Below, in pieces: positions 1 to 9,824 of a stretch of DNA of 64,000 nucleotides (positions within the stretch are counted from its first letter, which is position 1; each line of letters opens with the position of its first letter). Source of the DNA: Promethearchaeota archaeon (GTDB taxonomy: Archaea; Asgardarchaeota; Lokiarchaeia; Sigyniarchaeales; SOKP01); NCBI GenBank assembly GCA_016840085.1, contig JAEOTA010000055.1, forward strand, positions 1 through 64,000. The letters are read 5' to 3'. The notes beneath the pieces were generated by a model. It did no database searches. It was not told where the DNA came from and saw only the letters and a program-made list of their open reading frames with translations. The translations under genes were made by a program, and so were the position numbers.

Positions 1-70
1 ATTTTTATAAATTCTGATTATTAGATTATATATCGTTAAATTTATTAGAAAGAAGTGATTATATTAATAC

Positions 71-1378
71 ATGCATGTAAATAATATATCTCCATATTCG
101 TTTAAAACATCTGGAGTTAAATCACTTCTTTCCAACCATTATATGCTCGCATTTTTTAAAAAGTTTTGTGATGTAACTGTTTCTCGCACTTGGAAGTTCA
201 AAAGAGCTAAAAACGCAAGATATGAGGATAAGGACTTTTTGAAGGTGTTCTTCTTTTCTGAAATTATCGGTAGATCAATTCATGATACCAGTGAAATGCT
301 TAACGAGCACCTATTAAAAAGTAGAAAAGGAAGACGCAAATCTTTCACTGACGGAAGGAAAAGACGTATAATTCCACATCAAACAGAAGTAAACAAGTAC
401 CTTCGCAAATTTGGATTGAATAAGGCACGTGAGATTCTGCGGACTTGTTTGGATTCTCAATTAACGGAAGCTTTGAGGCTTAGACTTATCTCAAAAAAAG
501 TCAATGTGATCATCGACTTCACAGAACATCCTTATTATGGACAACGTGAGGATAAAATGATAAAGGGCACTAATCGACAGAAAGGGACGAAGAAAATGCG
601 GCATTATCTCGGGTTCTCGATTTTGTCGAAAAATGTTCATCTTTATGCCGGATTGGAACACGTGGCTAAAGGACAATCTAAAATACCCATAATCCTTGAA
701 TTCCTTGATCATGTACTCGATCTCGGATTTGAGTTGAACTACGTATTAATGGATCGGGAATTTTATAGAGCAATACTCTTACATGAAATAAAGGCCAAGA
801 ATGGGAATGTTTTAATTCCAACCAAGCAATATAAAAAAGTTCGGGGAATAATCGAAGCCTACATAAAGGGAAAAGGAAATCGGGTGCGAAGATACACGTT
901 TTCCAGCGCCACTGAAGCAAAGCACCGATTTTATCAGCATGTTTACCTGATAATAAAAGCGAAACGCGGATTCACTCTTCAGGGCGTGAAACGAGACTAT
1001 CGAATGGGGAAAATATCTTTAGACGATGCCCGGAAGCGGGTATTTGCCATCATGACTACCGAGAAACCCAAAGGAAAGACAAGTTCTTGGGCGTCCCGCA
1101 CTTCATTATTTTATCGACGACGATGGTTGATCGAAACGGGATTCAGCGACTTAAATCGGATTAATCGTAGATGGAAATCCAATCACGATAACTTGCGATA
1201 TTTTGACATGCTGGCAAGACTACTGCTTTATAATTCGTGGAAAATGAACAAAAAATTGATCAAAAATGCCGGAACTCAAGAAGGAAAAACAAGAAAATGG
1301 ACGCTAGCTCAAAATCAAGATTATTTGAAGCAGCTATTTCTAACATCGGGGAAAAAATCACGGGAGGTGATTGGTTAA
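71..1378 (+). mobile_element. IS4-superfamily (ISH3-like) DDE transposase
   Basis: IIDFTEHPYYG (D1), VLMDREFY (D2), YRRRWLIETGF (Y-2-R-3-E signature); terminal repeats not identified. Confidence 0.85.
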
Positions 1379-1462
1379 ATTTAAAATAATGTCGGCTCTC
1401 CGAACACGGAAAATAATAGAAAAAAAAATAAATACTTGAATACTAACTATAAAAAAAAGAAG

Positions 1463-2692
1463 TTAGGTATGTAATAAGATCTTCGCATTCTTCTGCCATT
1501 CATTTACCATTTTCGAAGATGCTCCATTTATCTTAGACGATAACTCATCGGGATCTGCCTCTATTAGCTCGTTAATCGAAGTAATACCTTGTGCGTGTAA
1601 GTTTTCCATAGATCCTTTACCAATGCCCTTTACTTTTATTAGTGGTATTTCATCCATACCCCGCCCAGTATTTTCGGCTACTGGTTCAGATTCTTCGTAC
1701 AATGATTCAATTTCAAAGTCCAACCCTTTCGATTGCGGCATGTCAACTGTATCGGTGTCACTAACTCCAACTCCAGTAATATAGAATTCACATTCTTCAG
1801 GCGGAAGATCAGGTGCATCTACAATTACTGCCCTTCGCTTTAAAGAATTATTAGCTGAGAATCCCTTCGTCTTAAACATGACTCGGAAGTGACATCCGTG
1901 CGCCACAATATTTCCTCCTATCGCATCGTTGCCTGAAAACATTCCCATCATTCTTGTAGCGACTTGATTGGTAAGCAGCACCGCACAATTATAGGTTTCA
2001 GCGATTCGAGATAAGGCGTGAATCATTCCATTTAATACTGCTTGGCGGGGAGCAAGTTTCCCAATACCCACATATTCTGATCGGAGCAATGCCATGAGAC
2101 TATCAATAACAAGTAACCGAGCAACACGCGTCTTACAGATTGTTTCTGCTTTCTGGATCATCTGGGATTGATGGTCTGAAGAGTAAATTCTAGCATGGTA
2201 AATCTTAGATAACACCTCTTTGGGATTCAGTTCAAACCGTTTTGCGATACGCTTGATCTTCTCCTTTGAGAATGTATTTTCAGTATCAATATAGGCTACG
2301 CTTCCATTTAGTCCGCCTCTACTTTCTGGTAATTGAACAGTCACAGAAATTGTATGAGCTAATGCGGTCTTTCCCGACTTAAAAGGTCCATATACTTCGG
2401 TAAGCTTTCCGGTTTGAACGCCACCCCCTAAAATTCGATTAAGCTCAGAAGAGCCTGTTGTAATTAACTCTGTATTTTCGCTAATTTGAGACGCAGAGGT
2501 AAATTCGGTCATACCTAACGCGTTTCGAGCATTCCATATGAGCTTTTTGGCAGTTTTTTCTCCTAAGCCGTCAATATTTGCCACAATTAAATGGGGAGAC
2601 ATCGCTAGTGCTTCAGCGGTACTAATGCCGTTTTCCTGAAGGAGCTTGATTTGTCGTGAGTTGATTGATTTCACATCATTTAAATCTGACAT
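1463..2692 (-). CDS. radA: RadA/Rad51-family recombinase paralog with an extra C-terminal HhH domain
   Basis: N-terminal HhH, Walker A GPFKSGKT, YIDTENTF, Walker B LLVIDS, LLTNQV, IGGNIVAH; C-terminal VKGIGKGS HhH; GGTGA SD upstream. Confidence 0.9.
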   Translation of the reverse strand: MSDLNDVKSINSRQIKLLQENGISTAEALAMSPHLIVANIDGLGEKTAKKLIWNARNALGMTEFTSASQISENTELITTGSSELNRILGGGVQTGKLTEVYGPFKSGKTALAHTISVTVQLPESRGGLNGSVAYIDTENTFSKEKIKRIAKRFELNPKEVLSKIYHARIYSSDHQSQMIQKAETICKTRVARLLVIDSLMALLRSEYVGIGKLAPRQAVLNGMIHALSRIAETYNCAVLLTNQVATRMMGMFSGNDAIGGNIVAHGCHFRVMFKTKGFSANNSLKRRAVIVDAPDLPPEECEFYITGVGVSDTDTVDMPQSKGLDFEIESLYEESEPVAENTGRGMDEIPLIKVKGIGKGSMENLHAQGITSINELIEADPDELSSKINGASSKMVNEWQKNAKILLHT

Positions 2693-2752
2693 TGTTTTTT
2701 TCTTATCACCTATTTATGTGTAATTTGAATTGATATAGGATCATAATAAGAC

Positions 2753-2769
2753 TATTTAAAAGAAAAAAA
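2753..2769 (-). promoter_or_regulatory. T-rich BRE-position + TATA promoter motif upstream of radA
   Basis: Minus strand TTTTTTTCTTTTAAATA, ~60 nt before the ATG. Confidence 0.65.
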
Positions 2770-2818
2770 GAGAAGTAAAAAAGAGAAATACTATCTATTC
2801 TCCCAGATAAAAAATAGG

Positions 2819-3196
2819 TTATTCCTTAAGTATTAATTTTAGATTCTCAATATATTCTTTAGGAGAGATGCCATGTACTAATGCTTTATGAAGCATCCTA
2901 ATATTTACTTTTTCTATACCATTTTCTTCATAGATAGAAAGAAGATCTTTTTGAATTGCTTTTAAAATCTTTAACACAGAGAATTCAGAACGCTTATATT
3001 GACCAAAATATCCACCAAATGCGATAAATAAATTAGCTATAAGGTCAAGATCTTCTCTGGCAAATTTTTTATAACATTCAACGCACACAATTCCATAGTT
3101 AACTCCAGTTTGATAAAAAGTAGCTCTTTGTCTAATTTCTTTTCTACAGATAAAACACTTTATTTGATGATCATAATTTTGTGCTTTAGTTATCAT
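2819..3196 (-). CDS. Small Zn-finger protein
   Basis: CFIC...CVEC. Confidence 0.7.
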   Translation of the reverse strand: MITKAQNYDHQIKCFICRKEIRQRATFYQTGVNYGIVCVECYKKFAREDLDLIANLFIAFGGYFGQYKRSEFSVLKILKAIQKDLLSIYEENGIEKVNIRMLHKALVHGISPKEYIENLKLILKE

Positions 3197-3215
3197 GAAA
3201 ATTTATTAGTTTTAT

Positions 3216-3232
3216 TATATTTAAATAAAAAA
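3216..3232 (-). promoter_or_regulatory. T-rich promoter motif
   Basis: Minus strand TTTTTTATTTAAATATA, ~20 nt before the ATG at 3196 (leaderless spacing). Confidence 0.65.
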
Positions 3233-3282
3233 TTAGGTGTAGAACACCAAAAAAAGACGATAGAAATGAATTTAATCTTAGA

Positions 3283-3993
3283 TTAGAGCCATACAAATCC
3301 GGTATTCTCTATCTTATAGCACAGCTCCCATTGAGCATCTCCACAACTAATTTTCATCTTCTTTTTGTGACTATTGAACAATTTTAATAAATGAATGTGT
3401 AACACATCCAATCGACTATAGAGTTTATGAAGAAAAGGTCTTTGCTGTTCCGCTTTCATATCAAACGAGACTTCATGAAGCAGTATCAAATGAATCTTTT
3501 TTCTAATACAATATAACAATAACGGTGATAAAACCTCGTCATAAAATAAATCGATAATATTGGTACTATCTCTTATTTCTGAATGGGTAGAGAGTTCAAG
3601 TCGTAAATGATGGGAAATGTTGTCGATTACTATAAACTTTACATCAGGGGGTAATTCTGATTCAACATCTATAAAATGACGAAGTACTTGGGCTTGATCT
3701 CTATACGAATTAAAGCATTTTCCTTTTGGAATCACATATATATTACTTTCCAAATATTCTAGCTTTTCATTCCTTGCGTTAAAAAGTGAGTGTAATCGTT
3801 TTTTAGGGAATAATTCACTGGCTTGAACCCAGATACATGAGTGTTCATACGGTTTCTGTAAGGTAAGAAAATTACCTATTAAATAAAGGGCTAAGGTAGT
3901 CTTGCCTGTTCCTGACTCTCCTGAAATATTCACGATGATACTGCGAGAAATATGCGAAAATAACTCACTTAAGACTATAGGAGCTGAAATCAT
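3283..3993 (-). CDS. RadB/Rad51-paralog-like RecA-fold ATPase
   Basis: Walker A GESGTGKT, Walker B FIVIDNIS, no N-terminal HhH. Confidence 0.75.
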   Translation of the reverse strand: MISAPIVLSELFSHISRSIIVNISGESGTGKTTLALYLIGNFLTLQKPYEHSCIWVQASELFPKKRLHSLFNARNEKLEYLESNIYVIPKGKCFNSYRDQAQVLRHFIDVESELPPDVKFIVIDNISHHLRLELSTHSEIRDSTNIIDLFYDEVLSPLLLYCIRKKIHLILLHEVSFDMKAEQQRPFLHKLYSRLDVLHIHLLKLFNSHKKKMKISCGDAQWELCYKIENTGFVWL

Positions 3994-4350
3994 CTATTTC
4001 CCATCCAATAATTCAAGAATTTCTTCTTTTAGTCTATCTATTTCTTTTTCCCGCTGAGAAATAGGCTGTTCCTTATCTTTTTTTCCTGATGATGAAGCAT
4101 TAGTATTGAACAAGCCCTGAAGTATAAGTAGGGTTAATAATTCATTACTCTGAAAATTATATCCAGTAGCCTTTCCACTTAGGAATCTAAGTCCATTAGA
4201 GCCAAGACCGTGTTTTCTCAGCTTAAAAAACATAAAACCCGCAATAAATAAGACAATAATAATTATCCCAAATAGAGGATTTCGCTGATAAAACAATACG
4301 AATGCGACAATCAATATGAAATAACAAAACAATTTTGCCATATTATTCAC
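3994..4350 (-). CDS. Small membrane protein (2 TM, charged C-terminal helix)
   Basis: Two hydrophobic segments; abuts or overlaps both neighbours. Confidence 0.7.
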   Translation of the reverse strand: MNNMAKLFCYFILIVAFVLFYQRNPLFGIIIIVLFIAGFMFFKLRKHGLGSNGLRFLSGKATGYNFQSNELLTLLILQGLFNTNASSSGKKDKEQPISQREKEIDRLKEEILELLDGK

Positions 4351-5098
4351 CTGAAAATTTATCTATATCAGGAGCATTAACTTCCATATATTCACCATAT
4401 AATACCCCTACTCTTTTTTCTTCCCTATTTTTCCTTACATTTTTATAAATTGTATACCATAGCAGACAGATATATTTCAACACCACAAACACGACTCCGA
4501 TCAAGAAGTAATATATAAACTCAAGTGAGAAATCAATCGTAAATAAATCTACCAGTATCCATACCAATCCAAATGAAGAACATAATAAAATAACTTGAAA
4601 AAATGATTGTGAAGGATTTTTTTGAAACGTTACTGCTATATTTTTAAGATCTACTGTGGATGGTCTCACTCCTAATAATACCGACACACAGATTATCCCG
4701 CTCACTATCCTATAAAGCGGTTTTGCTGACATATCAAGGGCTATTTCAAGCAAAAAGAAAAATACAATTACCCCTACCAGTAAGGGAGCAATTCCAATTA
4801 ATAATGATTGAATAAATGAGACTTTTTGTGGTCTCTCTAGCGCAACTGATCCATGTGGATCTACCCTTCCAGTCATTTTATTTCTGTAATTTACCTCCAC
4901 TCTTTTGACTGGCACACCGGTAATAAGACATAATGTAGCATGCGCAGCTTCATGAATAGCAACTCCAATAAATCCAAGGACACTAAACGCGGTTTTATAT
5001 TTACCCTTGGTCTGATGATATAGCAATTCAAGGCCATACCCTACTACGAATGCTATTGGCAACCAAAAAAAGGTGAATACGAGGACTTTTTCAAACAT
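4343..5098 (-). CDS. M50/M50B-like intramembrane metalloprotease
   Basis: HEAAH within a TM helix, IAP motif, PSxxD, multiple TM segments. Confidence 0.7.
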   Translation of the reverse strand: MFEKVLVFTFFWLPIAFVVGYGLELLYHQTKGKYKTAFSVLGFIGVAIHEAAHATLCLITGVPVKRVEVNYRNKMTGRVDPHGSVALERPQKVSFIQSLLIGIAPLLVGVIVFFFLLEIALDMSAKPLYRIVSGIICVSVLLGVRPSTVDLKNIAVTFQKNPSQSFFQVILLCSSFGLVWILVDLFTIDFSLEFIYYFLIGVVFVVLKYICLLWYTIYKNVRKNREEKRVGVLYGEYMEVNAPDIDKFSGE

Positions 5099-5119
5099 GA
5101 TCCCTATAGAATATGAGAA

Positions 5120-5134
5120 AATATAAAGGAAAAA
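5120..5134 (-). promoter_or_regulatory. T-rich promoter motif
   Basis: Minus strand TTTTTCCTTTATATT, ~22 nt before the ATG at 5098. Confidence 0.6.
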
Positions 5135-5235
5135 CCAAAATTTCCTATCCTAAAGTTGTGATCTTATAATCCGTAGACGATGTATATATAATGCTTAATA
5201 ATATAAGATATTATACTTAGAATTCATAAACTAAA

Positions 5236-5438
5236 GGGAACTATTGAGTATACTGGAAATAGATTACCACTGTTTAAACTGGTCGAGGATTCTCCCGCAA
5301 CCAGATCATGGTGGGGTGATGCACGAAACGAAAAAATTGATACATTTTGAAAATTCAGTTTTCGTGAAAGTATGGTAGAACGCTTTTCCTCATAGATCCT
5401 GATCCAGAGGATAATATTTAAAAGGCAAATAGGTTCCC
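5236..5438 (+). ncRNA. Candidate structured 5' leader RNA of the atypical TFB gene
   Basis: Closing stem GGGAACTATT 5236-5245 / AATAGGTTCCC 5428-5438 plus several internal stems. Confidence 0.4.
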
Positions 5439-5467
5439 ATATATTTCTTAGGAAACTATACAAAATA

Positions 5468-6697
5468 GTGACCAAGGTTATGGCTTCATATAAAACACAA
5501 GAATTTGAGACCGGATTAGTAGGGCTTTCATCCCTAAAATGTGATATGTGTGGTTCGGAAGATATTGTTGAAGATATGGGCTCCTATATCTGTAGAGATT
5601 GTGGGATCGTGCTTGAGATCCGAAAATTGCAGTATGATAGGCCCTATAATACTGATATCATTCATCATTCTCCGCATGTAGGGGCTACCCAGGTAGGAAC
5701 CATTCGGGAGCGGCTTAGTTCTAAGCATTCCGTACAGCTCCAACGAATAAATAAAAAACAATTGGAACAGTCTAACTATGAGAATGTGAAACGAAAGATT
5801 GGGAAAAAGATTTCCGATCTGTTTACGAAACTTGAATTACATGACTCTGGAGCGTCCTTAAAGCAGTATATTTATACACAGTGTCTAAGAGTATATAATA
5901 GTTTTAGACCAGGAACGAAGTATAGAAGTGTTGAGAAGTTAGTTCCAGTGGTGATGTACTATTGTTTAAAGCTTAGAAGTATTGCGCGACCAGAGACCGA
6001 TTTTATAGATACTAGTGAAATAACCAAAAAGGAATTTAATCATTTTAAGATCCAAGTAAAGCATTTTCTTCCCAAGTATAATGAGTATAATCGGCAGATG
6101 GTTATTCTTCAAAAAATTAGTTATATCCAAGCCGAATTTAATTTGGATAGGGCATTTAATCTATTCACTAGGAAAGTCCTATATAAACTGTGGGGACTTA
6201 TCAAAAATACAAAAGATGATGTCGTAGCAGGGCTCTGTGCATCGATTTCGGCTCTATGCGCCTATCAAGATATATTAAATGTGAATTCCATTTGCAATCT
6301 GCTGGGTATCAGGATGAGTACCATTCAAAGCCAAGTGAAAAAGAATTTCTTTACTCGATTCAGAGTCGAGGGATTTGTAAGTCTGGTAAAATCTTCCGAC
6401 TTATTGGTAAAAATTATGGAAAAGTTAGGAATACTGGAAGGAGCAGAAGAACCTTGTGATATTGTGGAGATAAAGCTGGGACACGCAAAACGTATATTTA
6501 ACAATAATGATTCAATTGAATACTATCTATTTGCGATAAGAGATGAGGATAATAACGTAATGCTTGCCAAGTTAGACGTGTTTAAGCCATATCAGAGATT
6601 TGAGACGGTTGATAGTGTTGAAGTCAGTAACTTGCCACAATTCAATATGGTTTTCAGAACGTATTCAAAAGGCAAAGGTCCACCCTTTAAAAGTTGA
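5468..6697 (+). CDS. tfb: Atypical transcription factor IIB (TFB) paralog
   Basis: TFIIB Zn ribbon CDMC...CRDCGIVL, two cyclin-like repeats, divergent C-terminal HTH, extra ~90-aa tail; start GTG 5468 or ATG 5480. Confidence 0.75.
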   Translation: MTKVMASYKTQEFETGLVGLSSLKCDMCGSEDIVEDMGSYICRDCGIVLEIRKLQYDRPYNTDIIHHSPHVGATQVGTIRERLSSKHSVQLQRINKKQLEQSNYENVKRKIGKKISDLFTKLELHDSGASLKQYIYTQCLRVYNSFRPGTKYRSVEKLVPVVMYYCLKLRSIARPETDFIDTSEITKKEFNHFKIQVKHFLPKYNEYNRQMVILQKISYIQAEFNLDRAFNLFTRKVLYKLWGLIKNTKDDVVAGLCASISALCAYQDILNVNSICNLLGIRMSTIQSQVKKNFFTRFRVEGFVSLVKSSDLLVKIMEKLGILEGAEEPCDIVEIKLGHAKRIFNNNDSIEYYLFAIRDEDNNVMLAKLDVFKPYQRFETVDSVEVSNLPQFNMVFRTYSKGKGPPFKS

Positions 6698-6786
6698 TAA
6701 TTTTTATAGTTCAAATATCTACCTTTCTAATTACTTCTTTTTTCTCTTTCTCTTTTCTTATTGTTAACTATAGGTGGACAATCTGG

Positions 6787-6804
6787 TTTTTTTATTTAAA
6801 TATA
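6787..6804 (+). promoter_or_regulatory. T-rich promoter motif
   Basis: TTTTTTTATTTAAATATA, ~46 nt before the ATG at 6850. Confidence 0.65.
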
Positions 6805-6849
6805 TCCACACCTAGAGTATTGTAATTCATACCTTAAGGATGATTTATC

Positions 6850-9780
6850 ATGAACCTAAAAAAGTCGATTTTTACTATCATTATAGTATTATTATTTGTA
6901 CGTTCTATTATCTGTATTGCACCCCAGAAGAACAATTATTCCGAAGCTATGCAATATAACGATGTGAACAGCTCTCTTAAGACCTCCTCTACGACAAACG
7001 GGGAAATCATTCAGGAGGTCTTCTCTGCTAAAAACAGTCAATTCCAAAGCGAAGGATATTATACTCAAATGTTTGATTCTTCACTTCAAGCGACATATTA
7101 TGGGCTATATGTTTTAGATACGATTGGGAAATTAGGGGATATTAACACGACTGAAGTTCTCACTCATATCATGTCGTTTTATGATCCTGATTCAAAGTTG
7201 TTTATGGATAACTATTCCTATAGATATCTTGATACCGACTTTTCGCAAGTATATTATCCGTTAAGCACGCAATTAGAAGTGAATTGTTATGCGGTACTTT
7301 CATTAGACTTACTGGACTCTCTTAATTTGATCGATACTTCAGAGATGATCTCGTATCTATGGGAGTGTTATAATACTGATACTTCGGGTTTCATCGGGCA
7401 AAAATATGACACAAGTTTGGAAGAAGGATTTAAAATTTCGACCATGGATAATACTTATTTTGCGGTGTATGCCTTGGATCTTCTAATGGATGATTGGTCT
7501 CAACATGGTACTGAAAGAGATGAAATTGTCCAATTTATAAATGATCTACAGATATCCCAAGGATCAGGGTGGATGGTAGGGGGGTTTCTTAATGATATGA
7601 ATTCCTCATTAGATAGTATTAATCCCTTATTTGAGCCAAATCTCCTCAGCTCTTATTACTGCATTAAGACTTTGAAGCTATTTGGCATGGAAGATAGTAT
7701 TAACAAGCCTAACTTTCACTCCTTTTTAGATACATTATATGATTCTACCAACTATTATTTTAGAATATCGCAAATGGATTATGGAATTGAATATGCTAAT
7801 ATTGTCGCTACTGCACTTGGATTGGAGCTTTCCGATATTACTTCGTATCCAAATATCAACCGAGAGAATGTGATTACATTTTTATTAAATAATCGCAATT
7901 CGTGGGGAATCTGGGATTCATCGACCTTACTTGATCATCATGAGCTAATTGATACTTTTCAAATTGTGAGAGTGTTAAATAATACCGAAGAAATTTCACG
8001 ATTAAATGAAGGAGATAAATCTCAAATAAGCGGTGCGGTATCTAAATATTATAGCTACAATGGATTTGCGCCCTTATCAGAAGATTATATGACCATGGAT
8101 TTAATACATAGCATCGTATCTTCTTATAAATTATATGATAAGCTCTCAGATCTGGATATCAGCCAATTATATAGTGATATTACCTCTTCCTATAATCCCT
8201 TCGGTTCATGTCGATTTGTAGAATATATTACAAAAGGGAAGTCATTTACTGGCCTTCGCTCACGACCGTATGAATTCTATACTACAGGATACAAGAATTA
8301 TGTGGATGAGATTAACGTGCTTATTTCCCATAAAGCTACCTTTCATGCACTTACATCTTTACGCGAGATATTTAAACTTGATGATTTTTCCCTAAGCTAT
8401 GATCTTCATGACTTATTGGACGATATCATTGCTTCCCAGTTTCTAAATGACTCTTATTATAACAGTTTTGGGGGATTTACCTATTGGGAGCCCTATAATC
8501 CAATATTTTCTGAGTTCTTAAGCAAGAATGTATATTTCTTTTATACCTATTATGCCGTTCGAAACATGGAACTTTTAGGGAACTATCTCGGGTTAGGAGA
8601 TCTTACTCAACTATCCTTTGATATAGATGCCCTTTATTGTTTTATTGATAGAAAAATAGTAGAATCTGCTACTTATGTATATCTTGATCCTGGATATACT
8701 TCAAATGTAGAAGATATCTTGGAACAGACCTATTATATGATTTACATCCTTAAAGCGTTGGACTTATATAATAAGAATACTCAGAAGACCAAGAATTATG
8801 TGTTAGATCATCTGGATTATTCTAATATTAAAAATATCTATTATTCCTATAAAATCTCAGAGATTTTGGACCTAAACATAGAATTTAATTCGATACCTAT
8901 CCAAAATTTAATGAAAGCGATATATTCAGAGGATTTATACGAATTTTATCTAACTTCAGCCCATCAGGTAATTGATCATGATATTTTATATTGGATATGC
9001 GATTTGGCAAAAAATAGTGAAGTGATTATTAATATAGAATATCCAGAAGTTGTCTCATTAGGAGAATTTATACCCTTTACTGCGAATGTTCAAAATCTAA
9101 TCATCGATGATTTTGGCTCCTACATTACCCTAAAATGCATACATGAGAAATTAGGCACAATTTTGTTTGATAAGCTAGAAGGTAATGAATTTACCAAAGA
9201 TGTGTATGTCCCTATAGAAAAGGATTACTATCCTGAAATCGCTTTAAGGTTAGAGGCATATGAGGGATTTAGAAAACTTAGTGAACAAAATATTACCGTA
9301 TATACCGACTATAGCATAACTCATCACCTGACAACCGAGGTGATAAATAGTTCTGTATATCTTGAAATAAATGGAACGTATAAAACGAGTCTAAAAGAGT
9401 ATAACACGTCATACGGACAGGCATATTCGCTTGTCTATGGAGAATCGTTTCTGGAAGAAAAATTCTTCTATCGCCACGATTTCGAAAATTATAGTTTATT
9501 TTCCATGAGCTACGATGTTAATTTTAAATTCCGATATACGTTTGAAATTTATCTTTCAGACGGGATAAATAACGAATGGATATGTCTTGGCAATTATACC
9601 TTTTATAAAGGAGAAATCAAACCCGATGATGAGGTGCCTGACGATCCTTTTGATGGACATAATCCAAATTATGAGGATGAACTTTTACAAACGATTCCTG
9701 TTATCACTATATTAACCTTAATCCCTGGAAGTGTTATAGTACTTACTACGGTGAGAACTAAAAAATTAAAGAAACGATAG
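6850..9780 (+). CDS. Large secreted/membrane-anchored protein with prenyltransferase/squalene-cyclase-like alpha-alpha toroid repeats
   Basis: N-terminal hydrophobic segment, repeated GGF...TY(Y/F)AV..L.LL units, C-terminal TM and basic tail. Confidence 0.65.
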   Translation: MNLKKSIFTIIIVLLFVRSIICIAPQKNNYSEAMQYNDVNSSLKTSSTTNGEIIQEVFSAKNSQFQSEGYYTQMFDSSLQATYYGLYVLDTIGKLGDINTTEVLTHIMSFYDPDSKLFMDNYSYRYLDTDFSQVYYPLSTQLEVNCYAVLSLDLLDSLNLIDTSEMISYLWECYNTDTSGFIGQKYDTSLEEGFKISTMDNTYFAVYALDLLMDDWSQHGTERDEIVQFINDLQISQGSGWMVGGFLNDMNSSLDSINPLFEPNLLSSYYCIKTLKLFGMEDSINKPNFHSFLDTLYDSTNYYFRISQMDYGIEYANIVATALGLELSDITSYPNINRENVITFLLNNRNSWGIWDSSTLLDHHELIDTFQIVRVLNNTEEISRLNEGDKSQISGAVSKYYSYNGFAPLSEDYMTMDLIHSIVSSYKLYDKLSDLDISQLYSDITSSYNPFGSCRFVEYITKGKSFTGLRSRPYEFYTTGYKNYVDEINVLISHKATFHALTSLREIFKLDDFSLSYDLHDLLDDIIASQFLNDSYYNSFGGFTYWEPYNPIFSEFLSKNVYFFYTYYAVRNMELLGNYLGLGDLTQLSFDIDALYCFIDRKIVESATYVYLDPGYTSNVEDILEQTYYMIYILKALDLYNKNTQKTKNYVLDHLDYSNIKNIYYSYKISEILDLNIEFNSIPIQNLMKAIYSEDLYEFYLTSAHQVIDHDILYWICDLAKNSEVIINIEYPEVVSLGEFIPFTANVQNLIIDDFGSYITLKCIHEKLGTILFDKLEGNEFTKDVYVPIEKDYYPEIALRLEAYEGFRKLSEQNITVYTDYSITHHLTTEVINSSVYLEINGTYKTSLKEYNTSYGQAYSLVYGESFLEEKFFYRHDFENYSLFSMSYDVNFKFRYTFEIYLSDGINNEWICLGNYTFYKGEIKPDDEVPDDPFDGHNPNYEDELLQTIPVITILTLIPGSVIVLTTVRTKKLKKR

Positions 9781-9787
9781 TATGTGA

Positions 9788-9802
9788 TTTTTCCTTTTTA
9801 TG
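9788..9802 (+). promoter_or_regulatory. T-rich promoter motif (variant)
   Basis: TTTTTCCTTTTTATG, ~23 nt before the ATG at 9825; may also terminate the upstream gene. Confidence 0.45.
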
Positions 9803-9824
9803 TGCTTAGTTTATTTTTATACTG

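Noticed and set aside
1379-1460. Possible right terminal inverted repeat of the IS
   Set aside because: No matching left-end sequence within 1-70; the left end is probably outside the window
5224-5475. 83-aa minus-strand ORF upstream of tfb
   Set aside because: No protein-like motifs; the region is better explained as the tfb leader
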